A stretch of 64,000 nt of DNA from Burkholderiales bacterium (GTDB taxonomy: Bacteria; Pseudomonadota; Gammaproteobacteria; Burkholderiales; JACQAP01). Location of the stretch: NCBI GenBank assembly GCA_046155535.1, contig JBJXFN010000061.1:1540-65539 (forward strand), in the 5' to 3' direction. The position numbers and the translations under genes are program-made. The notes under the pieces are model-generated. The model was not told the DNA's origin. It saw only the letters and a program-made list of their open reading frames with translations, and ran no database searches. Position 1 is the first letter of the stretch. Each line of letters opens with the position of its first letter. Below are positions 47,029 to 57,932 of the stretch, piece by piece.

Positions 47029-47690
47029 AGACGGTTTTTTTTCTGCTGCTGGCGGTCAATCTGGTCGTTGCCGGCATCATCACAATGCGCGAACTCACGC
47101 CCAATCCCGATGCGCTGCTGGCCGGCCAGCAAATTCATGCCGATCAAATTGTGACGATTCCGCCGCGGCCCAGGCCGCCGCCGGAATCGGCAGCGCCCGC
47201 AACACCGGCACCGGACAAAACGGCTGTGTGCATGGAGTGGGCGAGTTTCGGTGCAGTGGAACTGACGAAGGCCGAAAAGTCCCTGGAAGGGCTGCGTCTT
47301 GGCGCGCGCTTGCAGCGTACCGAAGTGAGCGTGCCGTCGCGATTCTGGGTATTTGTTCCTCCCATGCGCAACAAGGTACAGATGGAAAAAAAGATGGCGG
47401 AATTAAAAGCCCTCGGGGTGGCGGAGTTGTACCCGATGCTGGAGCCGGGACCGGACCTGCATGCGATCTCTCTGGGAATTTTCCGCAGCGAAGACGGCGC
47501 CAGAAAATATCTGGCCACCCTGCGGGATATTGGCGTGCGTTCCGCGAAAGTCGGAGAGCGCGAACAACGCATCACGCAGACTTCGCTGGTGATCAGAAAT
47601 CCGAGCGACCAGGAATCCACTCGCCTGGTGGAACTCAAGACCGAATACGCCGGTTCCGACATTCGCGTAGTTAAGTGTCCGCCAACCTGA
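47025..47690 (+). CDS. SPOR-domain membrane protein (conserved partner downstream of coaX)
   Basis: GTGA overlap with the coaX stop. TM helix VFFLLLAVNLVVAGIIT, a Pro-rich linker, and a C-terminal SPOR-like repeat (FWVFVPPM...KKMAELKALGV...HAISLGIFRSEDGARKYLATLRDIGV). Confidence 0.65.
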   Translation: MKTVFFLLLAVNLVVAGIITMRELTPNPDALLAGQQIHADQIVTIPPRPRPPPESAAPATPAPDKTAVCMEWASFGAVELTKAEKSLEGLRLGARLQRTEVSVPSRFWVFVPPMRNKVQMEKKMAELKALGVAELYPMLEPGPDLHAISLGIFRSEDGARKYLATLRDIGVRSAKVGEREQRITQTSLVIRNPSDQESTRLVELKTEYAGSDIRVVKCPPT

Positions 47691-47729
47691 ACGGCAGATC
47701 GCCTGGCAGGACCAGCGCCCTTCGGGAGA

Positions 47730-49457
47730 TCAGGCCGGCATCAACATCCGCAGTCCGGGGCCGGTCTCCTTCAGTTCCAGATGCCGGGAATGCAGAGCGA
47801 CCAGCGAAGGCCGGTGGCCGATGCTGACCAATGTGGTGGTCGGCAAGTGTTCCTTGAGTAAGCTGTAAAGGTTGCCTTCGGAAGATTCGTCGAGCGCCGA
47901 AGTCGCTTCGTCCAGGAACAACCAGTCCGGTTTCTGCAACAGCGCGCGGGCAAAGGCAACACGTTGCTGTTCGCCGGGCGACAACTGCAAGGCCCAGTTT
48001 TGGGATTCATCGAGCCGGTTGGCGAATTGCGACAGCCCTACAAGATTGAGGGATTGGCTAATCTGCTCGTCGGTGGCCACTTCAGTGCGCGCCGGATAAC
48101 AGACCACTTCGCGCAGGCTGCCCATTGGCAGATAGGGCTTTTGCGGGAGGAACAACATGCGCGCATTGCCGGGCACACGGATTTTTCCCTTGCCGAAAGG
48201 CCAAATGCCGGCGATGGCACGAAACAACGTGCTTTTCCCGGTGCCGGAAGGGCCGCGAATGAGCCAGCGTTCTCCGGGTGACAAGCTTGCGCTGGATGCG
48301 CCCAATAACGGGGCGCCATTCGGTAGTGTCAGGGAAACATTGTCGAGGAGCAGTTCTGCGTCTGCATTCGAATCCTGACCGACACCGGCTTCGTCCGTCG
48401 CCATGCGCTGCGTATCCACGATGGATTGGTGGAAACCGAGCAAACGGTCGGCCGTGGCTTTCCAGTTAGCAAATCCGTTGTAGGCGTTGATGAACCAGGA
48501 AAGAGAGCCCTGCACCTGCCCGAAAGCATTGGAGATCTGCATCAGTCCGCCGAGCTGGATGGTGCCGGCGAAGTAGCGGTTGCCGGCGACCAGAAAGGGG
48601 AAAATGATCGCCACCTGATCGTAACCGATCACGAAGGAATTGAGCACTTTCTGGCGCTTCATGATCCGCCACCAGTTGTCGACCACGCCGGAGAAGCGTG
48701 TACCGAATCCGCGCAGTTCGTCACGTTCTCCGCCGTACAGCGCGACACCCTCGGCGTTCTCGCGGAACCGCACCAGGCTGAAACGGAAATCCGCCTCATA
48801 ACGTTGTTGCTGGAAATTCAGCCCGATGAGGGATTTTCCGATCGTGTGTGTAATCCAGGAGCCAACAATCGCATAGGCCAGTGCCGCCCAGACCATGTAA
48901 CCGGGGATGCTGATGTCGCTGCCGTTGAAGGGGACCACCAGCGGTCCGGAGAGCGCCCAGAGGATGCCGACGAAAGAAACGAGGGTGACCACGGCCTTGA
49001 GGAGTCCGAGGGAAAGGCTGAGCGTCTCGTCGACAAAGATCCTGAAGTCTTCGGCGATACGCTGGTCCGGGTTGTCTGCGGGACTGCCGGTCAGTTGCAT
49101 CCTGTAATAGGCGCGATTTCCCAGCCACTGTTTTAGGTAGTCATCAGTCATCCAGCGGCGCCAGCGAATCTGCAGCATCTGGTTCAGGTAAAACGCATAG
49201 ACCGCCATGGCGATATAAATCGTTGCGAGGATGGCGAAACGGCCCATGAGCCGGAAGAAATCTTCCTGCTTTTTTTCCTGCAAGGCATTGTAGAAATCGT
49301 TGTTCCAGTAATTGAATTGCACACTCATGTACACCATGGCCAGTGTCAGGCCAATCACGGCCGCCAGAAGAAACCAGGCGCCGAATTTCTCCTTAGACGT
49401 CCAGTACGGTGTGATCAGTCGCCAGATGTCGCGGACAAAGCCGGATTTGCGGTTCAT
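47730..49457 (-). CDS. Fused ABC transporter permease/ATP-binding protein (SbmA/BacA-ABCD-like, YddA type)
   Basis: From ATG 49457 the translation reads MNRKSGFVRDIWRLITPYWTSKEK...DNPDQRIAEDF. The NBD carries Walker A (IRGPSGTGKST), the signature LSPGEQQR, and Walker B (WLFLDEATSALD). Confidence 0.85.
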   Translation of the reverse strand: MNRKSGFVRDIWRLITPYWTSKEKFGAWFLLAAVIGLTLAMVYMSVQFNYWNNDFYNALQEKKQEDFFRLMGRFAILATIYIAMAVYAFYLNQMLQIRWRRWMTDDYLKQWLGNRAYYRMQLTGSPADNPDQRIAEDFRIFVDETLSLSLGLLKAVVTLVSFVGILWALSGPLVVPFNGSDISIPGYMVWAALAYAIVGSWITHTIGKSLIGLNFQQQRYEADFRFSLVRFRENAEGVALYGGERDELRGFGTRFSGVVDNWWRIMKRQKVLNSFVIGYDQVAIIFPFLVAGNRYFAGTIQLGGLMQISNAFGQVQGSLSWFINAYNGFANWKATADRLLGFHQSIVDTQRMATDEAGVGQDSNADAELLLDNVSLTLPNGAPLLGASSASLSPGERWLIRGPSGTGKSTLFRAIAGIWPFGKGKIRVPGNARMLFLPQKPYLPMGSLREVVCYPARTEVATDEQISQSLNLVGLSQFANRLDESQNWALQLSPGEQQRVAFARALLQKPDWLFLDEATSALDESSEGNLYSLLKEHLPTTTLVSIGHRPSLVALHSRHLELKETGPGLRMLMPA

Positions 49458-49479
49458 GCGATTTTCCTTGTCAAACAAC

Positions 49480-49968
49480 TCAGGATTTGCGGATGCGGGA
49501 AAGCAGGGTGGTGGTCGAGCGGTCAAAGCGGAACGGGATCGAGCGGATACTGCCGCCCCAACCCAGGACATCGGTCGCGCCTACGATTTTTTCGGCGGGC
49601 CAGTCGCCACCTTTGACCAATACGTCGGGGTGGCAGGCATGGATGAGGTCAAGCGGGGTGTCTTCTTCGAACCAGGTCACCAGACTGACGCATTCCAGTG
49701 CGGCCAGCACCGCCAGGCGGTCTTCCAGCGGATTGATCGGCCGGTCGGCGCCTTTACCCAACCGCCGCACCGAACTGTCGGAATTCAACGCCACAACCAT
49801 GCTGGCGCCCAGCGCCCTCGATTCGGCCAGATAGGTGACATGGCCGCGATGCAGGACGTCGAAAACGCCATTGGTGAAAACCAGCGGGCGTGAAAGCGCA
49901 GCAAGGCGCTCGCGCAACGCGTCTGGCGGACAGATCTTGCGTTCGAAGTCGGATGGGGCAGATTTCAT
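49480..49968 (-). CDS. hldC: D-glycero-beta-D-manno-heptose 1-phosphate adenylyltransferase (RfaE domain II, stand-alone)
   Basis: From ATG 49968 the translation includes [43 protein letters not shown]-like and DVLVKGGDW, the cytidylyltransferase HxGH family. Confidence 0.75.
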   Translation of the reverse strand: [162 protein letters not shown]

Positions 49969-50060
49969 GTTCGCCGAATCATACAGGGCACGCGATGGGG
50001 AGTTTGCGGAACCCCTCGCGGCGCCACCGGTGTCCGGGTGCCAACAGAATGCCGGCGCAC

Positions 50061-50086
50061 AAAAAAGGCCCCTCACGGGGCCTTTT
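50061..50086 (-). terminator. Rho-independent terminator (reads on both strands) downstream of dolP
   Basis: AAAAAA-GGCCCC-TCAC-GGGGCC-TTTT. On the minus strand the stem is followed by TTTTTT, 20 nt after the stop of 50107..50682. Confidence 0.75.
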
Positions 50087-50106
50087 GCGAAAAAATCAAT
50101 ATTCGT

Positions 50107-50682
50107 TCAGTCCAGATATTCGAAGACCTTGACCACCCTTTGCACGCCACTGCTTGTCGAAGCTGCCTGAGCGGCTGCATCGCCTTCCGCCCTGGTGACG
50201 ATCCCCATCAGAAACACCGTCCCGTTTTCGGTGACCACCTTGACGTGATTGGCCTCAATCTCCTTGTTTTGCGCAATGTTGCCCTTGACGCGCCCCGTGA
50301 TGAATGTGTCGCTGGTATGCGAGGAAAAGGAGGTGTTGCCGGCGATGACCATTTCATTCTGGACATTGCGCACGTTGGGCACCTCCAGAACCAGCACGGC
50401 GAGGTCTTCCCTGATTTCTTCCGTCGGCGCCTGTCCGGTCAGCAATACGTGTCGGTTGAAGCTGGTGACGTTGTAATAGGCCTGGGACCCGTATTTTTCG
50501 TCGATGCGGTTTTTCGCCTTGGATTCGATGGTCTGATCTTCGAGCACGATGCCGCTGGAACGGCGGTCCTCCGCGAACATCGCGGTGGCGCCGACCCCGG
50601 CACCGATCAGTAATGGCGCGCAGGATTGCAAGAAAGGGACGGCGAGGGAAACCAACAGCAAATTGCGAATTTTCATGTTCAT
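50107..50682 (-). CDS. dolP: Dual-BON-domain outer-membrane lipoprotein DolP (YraP)
   Basis: A lipobox (VPFLQSC) is followed by two BON domains (...VTSFNRHVLLTGQAPTEE... and ...VVTENGTVFLMGIVTRAEG...). The lpoA-yraN-SIS-yraP synteny is conserved. Confidence 0.8.
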   Translation of the reverse strand: MNMKIRNLLLVSLAVPFLQSCAPLLIGAGVGATAMFAEDRRSSGIVLEDQTIESKAKNRIDEKYGSQAYYNVTSFNRHVLLTGQAPTEEIREDLAVLVLEVPNVRNVQNEMVIAGNTSFSSHTSDTFITGRVKGNIAQNKEIEANHVKVVTENGTVFLMGIVTRAEGDAAAQAASTSSGVQRVVKVFEYLD

Positions 50683-51306
<624 letters not shown>

Positions 51307-51344
51307 TTATTACACAGCACGCGCCGAATGGAGCGTGTACTTTG

Positions 51345-51686
51345 TCATTCGCCAAACGCATTGCGCAGCCATTCGATCTTCGAACTGTCGCCGTTCAGCA
51401 ACACCGCGTCGAACCGGCATTCGGGAAAAACACTTTGTTCTGCCATGTAATGCCGCGCGGCTCGTAACAGCTTGCGTTGCTTCGCGTGGGTGATGCTTTC
51501 CGAAGCGCTTCCAAACGTCAGGCTTCGGCGATAACGGACTTCGACAAATACCAGTGTTGCACCATCGTTGAGAATCAGATCGATTTCGCCAAACCGGCAG
51601 TGATAGTTTCTGGCCACCAGAGTCAGACCCTGGCGGATCAGAAACGTGGCTGCAGCGTCTTCGGCGGGCTCGCCGCGACGGTTCAT
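51345..51686 (-). CDS. yraN: YraN-family (UPF0102) endonuclease-like protein
   Basis: GEPAEDAAATFLIRQGLTLVARNYHCRFGEIDLILNDGATLVFVEVRYRR...ITHAKQRKL. Confidence 0.88.
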   Translation of the reverse strand: MNRRGEPAEDAAATFLIRQGLTLVARNYHCRFGEIDLILNDGATLVFVEVRYRRSLTFGSASESITHAKQRKLLRAARHYMAEQSVFPECRFDAVLLNGDSSKIEWLRNAFGE

Positions 51687-52783
51687 TGCGCGTCCTTGGA
51701 ATCCAGGGGGCGCGCTGTGCCTCGTACGTAGTGGGAAGGGACCAGTTGCCGCTCGAATTGGCGGTTCTCGCCGAAGGTGATGGCACCGGTGACTCCGTCC
51801 AGGGAATCCATGCGCTGGTTCGGGCGCAAAAGGCCTAGTGCAATCCGGTATGCGTCGATGCCCAGTGCGAACAATCGTTCCAGGTCGGGCGCCCAGGGCC
51901 GCGGATCCGCACGCTGGTAACTCATTACCGCGGAATGATCCGGCTGCAGCAACCAGGGCATGTCGAGGAACCGCACCCCATCAAGGTCGATATTGGCGAT
52001 CGCATCATTGGCGAACGCAAAGACCTGCGAGGTGGCATAGACCGGCATGGACTTGCCCAGAAACCCGCGCACAAAGCGTGTGCGTTCCGCGTCAAGCGTT
52101 GTGAAAATGACATCTGCACGCGACGCGACAATCTGTTCGCGAAGCTTCGCAAGTGAGGCCATTTCCGTGGTGTAACCGAACTGGCCGACCACTTCGCCGC
52201 GCTGGCCTTTCCATTCGTTTTCGAAAGCCTGGGCAATCCGGGTGCCAAGTGAAGACTCTCCAACCACCAGAAATACGCGATTGCCTCCCTTGCGAAATGC
52301 CCAGTTCGCCAGTTGACGTGTTTCCGCTTCGATCTGCAGGCCGAAGACATAGAAGTCTCTCGGCAACACGACATCACCTTCCGGAGAATTCAATGCAATG
52401 GTCGGCACGCTGTTCGCGCCGTTATAGACCAGCGTGGTCACACCGCTGCGGGTCAAGGGTCCGATGATCAATCTTGCGCCAAGGGAGACCGCACGGTTGT
52501 AGGCCGACAGAATCTGCTGCGGGTCATCATCCGTTGAATAAATCCGCATTCTGGGAGCGCTTGCCTCCAATGCGGCGGCGGCCAGAATCCCCAGGCGAAC
52601 CGCTTCCGCGTGTTTGGCAAACGAAGAGGACTGCAGCGGCAGAAGAACCCCGATGTGCGCTTCCACGGGGAGTGTTGCGGTACTGCCAGTGTTCTGTGCC
52701 CAGCTGCTGCCGGTGGCTAAGGCGCCGAGCGCCCAGTATAGTATCGGCCGAATCCACGCAGACGAGACATTACGAAGTTGCAT
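51683..52783 (-). CDS. lpoA: Penicillin-binding protein activator LpoA (LppC/YraM) family
   Basis: A type-I PBP-like fold (IGVLLPLQSSSFAKHAEAVRLGILAA...RLIIGPLTRSGV) lies divergent from rsmI, as in many proteobacteria. The first ATG is at 52783; the ORF-track TTG is at 52792. Confidence 0.7.
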   Translation of the reverse strand: MQLRNVSSAWIRPILYWALGALATGSSWAQNTGSTATLPVEAHIGVLLPLQSSSFAKHAEAVRLGILAAAALEASAPRMRIYSTDDDPQQILSAYNRAVSLGARLIIGPLTRSGVTTLVYNGANSVPTIALNSPEGDVVLPRDFYVFGLQIEAETRQLANWAFRKGGNRVFLVVGESSLGTRIAQAFENEWKGQRGEVVGQFGYTTEMASLAKLREQIVASRADVIFTTLDAERTRFVRGFLGKSMPVYATSQVFAFANDAIANIDLDGVRFLDMPWLLQPDHSAVMSYQRADPRPWAPDLERLFALGIDAYRIALGLLRPNQRMDSLDGVTGAITFGENRQFERQLVPSHYVRGTARPLDSKDAQ

Positions 52784-53653
52784 AGCAAGCAAAGTGTGCC
52801 GAAGGATGCCGCATTATATGTGGTGGCCACCCCGATCGGGAATCTCGGCGACATGACCCTGCGGGCGATCGAAGTGCTCAAACAGGTGGACGTGATTGCT
52901 GCCGAAGACACCCGGGTGACGCGCAATCTTCTGGGACACTTCGGAATTCGAAGTGAACTCATATCCTTGCGCGAGCACAATGAGCGCGGCGCGACGAATC
53001 AAGTGCTTGCTCTGTTGGCCGAGGGGAAATCGGTGGCCTTGGTGTCGGATGCGGGCACCCCGGCTTTGAGCGACCCCGGCGCCCTGGCGGTCAGCAGCGT
53101 GCGTGCTGCGGGATTTCGTGTGGTGTCCGTTCCCGGCGCCAATGCAGCAGTGACCGCGCTTTCGGTCAGCGGCCTGCCCGCCGTGCCGTTCAGCTTTCAT
53201 GGGTTTTTGCCGGCTAAAAAAAGCGATCGGGAAAAAGCGCTCAAGAAACTTCAATCGCAACAGGGATTGCAGGTGTTCTACGAAGTGCCCCATAGAATTG
53301 TCGAGGCAATCGAAAGCATGACCGGACTGTTTGGCCGCGAACGGGGAGTCTGCATAGCGCGCGAGCTGACTAAAATATTCGAACAAATTCATTATTGTTG
53401 CCTGGGCGAGGCCGTCAACTGGCTGCGCGGCGACGAGAACAGGCAGCGAGGGGAGTTCGTACTGATCGTGGAAGGGGCGACAAAGGGCGACGATGCATCG
53501 GATGCCGATATCGCGGGGATCGAGACTCTCCGGGTGCTCGCAATCCTGTTGCGTGAGCTGCCACTCAAACAGGCGGTGCAACTGGCGTCTGAAATCACCG
53601 GCGCCAGAAAAAATCTGCTTTATGATCGAGCCTTGGAGATGAGAAAAAACTGA
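52778..53653 (+). CDS. rsmI: 16S rRNA (cytidine1402-2'-O)-methyltransferase
   Basis: LYVVATPIGNLGDMTLRAIEVLKQVDVIAAEDTRVTRNLL...ALVSDAGTPALSDPG. The start is uncertain, either TTG 52778 or GTG 52796. Confidence 0.9.
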   Translation: MHSKQSVPKDAALYVVATPIGNLGDMTLRAIEVLKQVDVIAAEDTRVTRNLLGHFGIRSELISLREHNERGATNQVLALLAEGKSVALVSDAGTPALSDPGALAVSSVRAAGFRVVSVPGANAAVTALSVSGLPAVPFSFHGFLPAKKSDREKALKKLQSQQGLQVFYEVPHRIVEAIESMTGLFGRERGVCIARELTKIFEQIHYCCLGEAVNWLRGDENRQRGEFVLIVEGATKGDDASDADIAGIETLRVLAILLRELPLKQAVQLASEITGARKNLLYDRALEMRKN

Positions 53654-53886
53654 TGTGCCGTCAGACTTGCATGAAAACGCATTCCGGAGGCCCTTGCTTA
53701 ACGTTTTTTACGATTAGGAACAAGTGCGGACGAAAATCGGCCCCATACTTTTTCGATAATGCTCGCCGGGTTTCCAACCTGGCTGCGGTTCTCTTCGCGT
53801 CTGACACCCAATTCGCCGCACTTGTGGCGCTGTACAGCGATTGGCCAATCCACAGCAGTGTCAAACAATATCAGGCATTACCCTAG

Positions 53887-54933
53887 ATGAATCGCGTGAC
53901 GTTGACACAACCCGATGATTGGCACCTGCATCTGCGCGACGGTGAAGCGCTGCGTGCCGTGCTGCCGCACACCGTGCGTCGTTTTGCAAGAGCCATTGTG
54001 ATGCCGAATCTGCGGCCTCCAGTAACTACATTGGATGCGGCCGTGGCGTACCGGCACCGCATTTTGTCCTGCCTGCCCTCCGGTGCATTGTTCGAACCGC
54101 TGATGACGCTTTACCTGACGGACAACACGCTGCCTGGCGAAGTGCGTGCCGCCGCGGCCAGCGGCGTGGTGCGGGCGTTGAAATATTATCCGGCGGGCGC
54201 AACCACCAATTCCGACGCCGGCGTAAGCGACATTCGAAGATGTTTCGAGACATTGCAAGCCATGTCAGAAACGGGTTTGCCGCTGCTCATCCATGGCGAG
54301 GTGACCGACCCGGACGTGGACGTCTTCGATCGGGAGAAAGTCTTCCTGGAGTGTACGCTGGGCACGCTGGTCGAAACGTTTCCGAAACTCAAGATCGTTC
54401 TCGAACATATTACGACCGCCGATGCTGTGCGCTTTGTTCGGGACGGGCCGTCTACCCTGGCGGCCACGGTGACCGCGCATCATCTTCTGCTGAGCCGAAA
54501 TGACATGTTTCGTGGCGGCATTCACCCACATTTGTATTGTTTGCCGATTTTGAAGCGTGAACGGCACCGGCAGGCATTGGTGCAGGCTGCGACTTCCGGC
54601 GATCCGAAATTTTTCCTGGGCACCGACAGCGCCCCGCATGCGAAACACACCAAGGAAGTGGCTTGTGGATGTGCCGGCGTTTACACCGCACATGCCGGCA
54701 TCGAACTGTACGCCGAGGCTTTCAATCAGGCAGGGGCACTGGAAAAGTTGGAGGCATTTGCCAGCTTTCATGGCGCGGATTTCTACGGATTGGCAAGGAA
54801 TCAGCGCAAGATCACCCTGGAAAAACAGCCATGGCGTGTGCCGTCGGAGTACCCGTTTGGTGTCCATGTTCTGGTGCCAATGCGAGCAGGCAATCAGGTG
54901 GAATGGAGTTTTACAGAAGTTGCGGATGACTAG
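53887..54933 (+). CDS. pyrC: Dihydroorotase (class II, homodimeric type)
   Basis: [14 protein letters not shown]...[11 protein letters not shown]...[11 protein letters not shown]...LLIHGEV...LGTDSAPH. Confidence 0.93.
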   Translation: MNRVTLTQPDDWHLHLRDGEALRAVLPHTVRRFARAIVMPNLRPPVTTLDAAVAYRHRILSCLPSGALFEPLMTLYLTDNTLPGEVRAAAASGVVRALKYYPAGATTNSDAGVSDIRRCFETLQAMSETGLPLLIHGEVTDPDVDVFDREKVFLECTLGTLVETFPKLKIVLEHITTADAVRFVRDGPSTLAATVTAHHLLLSRNDMFRGGIHPHLYCLPILKRERHRQALVQAATSGDPKFFLGTDSAPHAKHTKEVACGCAGVYTAHAGIELYAEAFNQAGALEKLEAFASFHGADFYGLARNQRKITLEKQPWRVPSEYPFGVHVLVPMRAGNQVEWSFTEVADD

Positions 54934-55486
54934 GGTGACAAATTTCTTGGTGGTGGCGCCTGGCTGCTCGGATGTGGCGTCGCGCAGGCGGTCGGCATGG
55001 TTCGCGTGTGGGCGACGAGCACACCGTTGAACGTCTCGGGACTGTCAGAAGAATAATTCCCGATGACTATGGTGTTTGCCGGAGTCGGACTGAAGTTTCT
55101 GCTTTTGAATCTCAACTTCGAAGAGGACAAAACCGGAGACGCGAAATCGTACGGCGCGAAAATCGGCGTGCGGTTCTGAATCCTGCGGGAGCCGCGCCGT
55201 TGGCGTGGCGCATTGCAACAGGGGGGGTGTCTGTTTTTGCCGACACGGCTGCGATCTGAGGTGAGCGTGATACCGGCGCCGCGATCACCCTTTCTCCCGT
55301 CTACATGAAATCATGAGTGAAATTGAGTCGACCGCATGGGGAACGCACGCGGAATCCTCCGTCGTCTATGGAAATGTTCTGTCCGGCGAGACGAATTCGC
55401 AATCCCGCGCTGCAATGATCTGGAACGTCAAATGCGAGTCTAACCGAGAGTGCAATTTGCGTTGCTGATGATTATGTTTTTTTGCG

Positions 55487-55515
55487 TTGACGCAGGCAGT
55501 GCCAAATCCTAAGCT
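55487..55515 (+). promoter_or_regulatory. Candidate sigma70 promoter of hupB
   Basis: TTGACG, a 17-nt spacer, then TAAGCT, about 40 nt upstream of the AGGGGGAG RBS and ATG 55552. Confidence 0.4.
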
Positions 55516-55551
55516 TCCCCGCAGTCTTCATCAAAAAGACAGGGGGAGAAA

Positions 55552-55833
55552 ATGAACAAGGCAGAGCTCGTAGAAGCCATCGCCAAAAAAATCGGCGGCA
55601 GCAAGGCTGCGGCCGATACGATGGTGGACGCTTTTGTTGCCATCGTCACCGGCTCGCTGAAAAAAGGCGAAAGTGTGACATTGGTGGGATTTGGAACTTT
55701 TACCCAGGGAAAACGCGCAGCGCGCGAAGGCCGCAATCCGCAGACGGGGGCGGCGATCAAGATTCCAGCGACGAAGACCGCAAAATTTTCCGCGGGCGTT
55801 CGACTCAAGGCGGCGGTGAACGGCAAGAAATAG
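55552..55833 (+). CDS. hupB: HU family DNA-binding protein
   Basis: MNKAELVEAIA...GFGTF...RAAREGRNPQTGAAIKIPA.K..KF..G..LK. Confidence 0.93.
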   Translation: MNKAELVEAIAKKIGGSKAAADTMVDAFVAIVTGSLKKGESVTLVGFGTFTQGKRAAREGRNPQTGAAIKIPATKTAKFSAGVRLKAAVNGKK

Positions 55834-55918
55834 AATTCTCGCAGAGTGTTTGAGGTGCAAGGTGGCGTCTCGACGAAAAGCCGCGGCCTGAAGTGCCTGC
55901 GGTGCTACGATGGGGACT

Positions 55919-56287
55919 GAAGCTGGCCGGGCAGTCGCTGTGCAATTCGCTTGTGCAGAGGAAAGTCCGGGCTCCGCAGAGCAGGATGCCGGCTAACGGC
56001 CGGACGCCGCGAGGCGATGGAAAGTGGCACAGAAAACAGACTGCCAACGTTTCAGAAATGAAACCGGCGATGGTGAAAAGGTGGGGTAAGAGCCCACCGC
56101 GCCTGTGGTAACACAGTCGGCACGCCAAACCCCATCCGGAGCAAGACCAAATAGGGAAGCCATAGCGCGGCTCGTGCTGCTTCCGGGTAGGTCGCTTGAG
56201 CCATCAGGTAACTGCTGGCCCAGATGAATGACTGCCAGGCTGCCGAAAGGTAACTCACAGAACCCGGCTTACAGGCCAGCTTCAACT
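55919..56287 (+). ncRNA. rnpB: RNase P RNA, bacterial type A
   Basis: The 5' GAAGCTGGCCGGGCAGTCGC pairs with the 3' GGCCAGCTTC (P1). Universally conserved blocks are present: GAGGAAAGTCCGGGCTCC, GGTAAGAGCCCACCGC, GGTAACA, CCGGAGCAAGACCAAATAGGG, AGATGAATGACTG and ACAGAACCCGGCTTA. It is collinear with E. coli M1 RNA. Confidence 0.95.
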
Positions 56288-56447
56288 CCTCTCCTAATCG
56301 AAGAGTACAACTCGATAAATTGAATGCATTGCATGAGATAAATTTCTTAATGCTTTGTTTTAATTATCTTAAGTTAGACCTCAAAGTTCACTTCCGCAGT
56401 ACTCCGTAAGTCTTTGTCGTAACTCAGGAAACCAGGTCAATTCTCTC

Positions 56448-56500
56448 TTGACCCGGTTTTTCTTTTCCACTAGAGTGGGGAAAAGTAGGTTTTTGTGGGA
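56448..56500 (+). promoter_or_regulatory. dcw (mraZ) promoter with three phased MraZ-box-like direct repeats
   Basis: TTGACC (56448-53), a 17-nt spacer, then TAGAGT (56471-76). This is followed and overlapped by GTGGG (56475), GTAGG (56485) and GTGGG (56495) at exact 10-bp spacing. Confidence 0.6.
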
Positions 56501-56538
56501 ATATATGATTATTCCGACACTTCCAACACACAGAAAAC

Positions 56539-56982
56539 ATGTTTCAGGGCGCTACCGCACTCAGTTTGGATGCCAAAGGCCGGCTTGCCGTCCCGACTCG
56601 CCATCGGGATGCCCTCCAGTCTGGAGCCACAGGTAAGCAAGTGCTTACAGCACACCCGCACCGATGTCTGTTGCTCTATCCGTCACCGGCCTGGGAGCCC
56701 ATTCGCGCGCGGATCATGGGGTTTTCCAGTTTTGATCCGCAGGCCAGCTTGTGGAAGCGACTGTTGGTGGGTTTTGCCGAAGAGGTCGAGTTGGACGCGT
56801 CCGGCCGGCTGTTGGTATCGCCGGAATTGCGCAAATTTGCGGGCATGGACAAGCAGGTGATGATGGTCGGCCAAGGCAGTCACTTTGAAGTGTGGAGCCA
56901 GGATGCCTGGGAAAAGCAGCTCGACCAACTGACGACCGGAACGGAGAAACTGCCCCCGGGAATGGAGAACTTCGCCTTGTGA
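56539..56982 (+). CDS. mraZ: Transcriptional regulator MraZ
   Basis: [26 protein letters not shown]...[19 protein letters not shown] shows the duplicated SpoVT-AbrB/MraZ DxxGR motif. Confidence 0.95.
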   Translation: MFQGATALSLDAKGRLAVPTRHRDALQSGATGKQVLTAHPHRCLLLYPSPAWEPIRARIMGFSSFDPQASLWKRLLVGFAEEVELDASGRLLVSPELRKFAGMDKQVMMVGQGSHFEVWSQDAWEKQLDQLTTGTEKLPPGMENFAL

Positions 56983-57932
56983 GCGCAGGCGCGGGGAGTT
57001 TCACTGCGCCAGGGTTACACAAGGCGGTGCTGCGGGAAGAGGCGGTCAGCGCGCTTGCAATCGGCGTGGGGGGCGTTTATGTGGACGCGACCTTTGGCCG
57101 CGGCGGACACAGCGGCGAGATTCTCGCGCGCATGGATTCCACCGCGCGATTGTTGGCGCTGGACCGCGATCCCGAAGCGGTTGCGGTGGGCGCGAACATC
57201 GCCGATTCGCGCTTCAGGATTTTTCATGCTGGTTTCGGGCGGCTGCGTGAGGTACTGGAAGGCGCGGGGGTGCAGAAGGTGAACGGGGTTTTGCTCGATC
57301 TCGGGGTGTCGTCTCCGCAGCTCGATCAGGCCGAAAGGGGATTCAGCTTCCGCCTCGACGGCCCGCTCGACATGCGGATGGACACCAGCCGCGGGCAGAC
57401 TGCGGCGCAGTGGCTGGGAGGGGCATCGCCGCGGCAAATCGAAGAGGTGATCAGACGCTATGGCGAAGAGCGGTTTGCTAAACAGATTGCAAGAGCGATT
57501 GTTGCGGCTCGATCGGGAGGGCCTGTCGAACGCACGCGGCAACTTGCCAAGATCGTGGCAGAAGCCGTTCCCGCGCGCGACGCACATCAGGACCCGGCGA
57601 CTCGCACTTTCCAGGCTCTACGGATTTACATCAATCAGGAGCTTGAAGAGTTGGAAATAGTGCTGCCCCAATGCGTGGATGCCCTCGTCGAAGGAGGGCG
57701 GCTTGTGGTGATCAGTTTTCATTCGCTGGAAGACCGCATCGTCAAGCAGTTTGTGCGCAAGCAGACGCGCCAGGACGAATTGCCCCGGCGCCTGCCGGTG
57801 CGCTCCGCCGAGATGCCGCTGCCACGCTTGCAGATGCTGGGCAAACCGGTGCGTGCTTCGGAGGCTGAAGTGGCCATGAATCCGCGGTCGCGCAGCGCAG
57901 TGATGCGGGTGGCGCAAAGGGTCCACGCATGA
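56979..57932 (+). CDS. rsmH: 16S rRNA (cytosine1402-N4)-methyltransferase
   Basis: GTGA overlap with the mraZ stop. [11 protein letters not shown]......[12 protein letters not shown]...[12 protein letters not shown]...RGFSF...GPLDMRMD...[12 protein letters not shown]. Confidence 0.93.
   Translation: MSAGAGSFTAPGLHKAVLREEAVSALAIGVGGVYVDATFGRGGHSGEILARMDSTARLLALDRDPEAVAVGANIADSRFRIFHAGFGRLREVLEGAGVQKVNGVLLDLGVSSPQLDQAERGFSFRLDGPLDMRMDTSRGQTAAQWLGGASPRQIEEVIRRYGEERFAKQIARAIVAARSGGPVERTRQLAKIVAEAVPARDAHQDPATRTFQALRIYINQELEELEIVLPQCVDALVEGGRLVVISFHSLEDRIVKQFVRKQTRQDELPRRLPVRSAEMPLPRLQMLGKPVRASEAEVAMNPRSRSAVMRVAQRVHA

Noticed and set aside
53654-53886. Small ORFs (77 and 67 codons) and a possible sRNA between rsmI and pyrC
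   Set aside because: The two ORFs are mutually antisense, without an RBS or motifs. I see no conserved RNA structure or promoter/terminator pair that I can support from sequence alone.
54934-55486. Possible OMP-like C-terminal peptide (ending ...HRELFF) on the minus strand in the pyrC-hupB gap
   Set aside because: The open frame is short and has no start codon or upstream beta-strand pattern. It may be a gene remnant, but the evidence is too thin to annotate.
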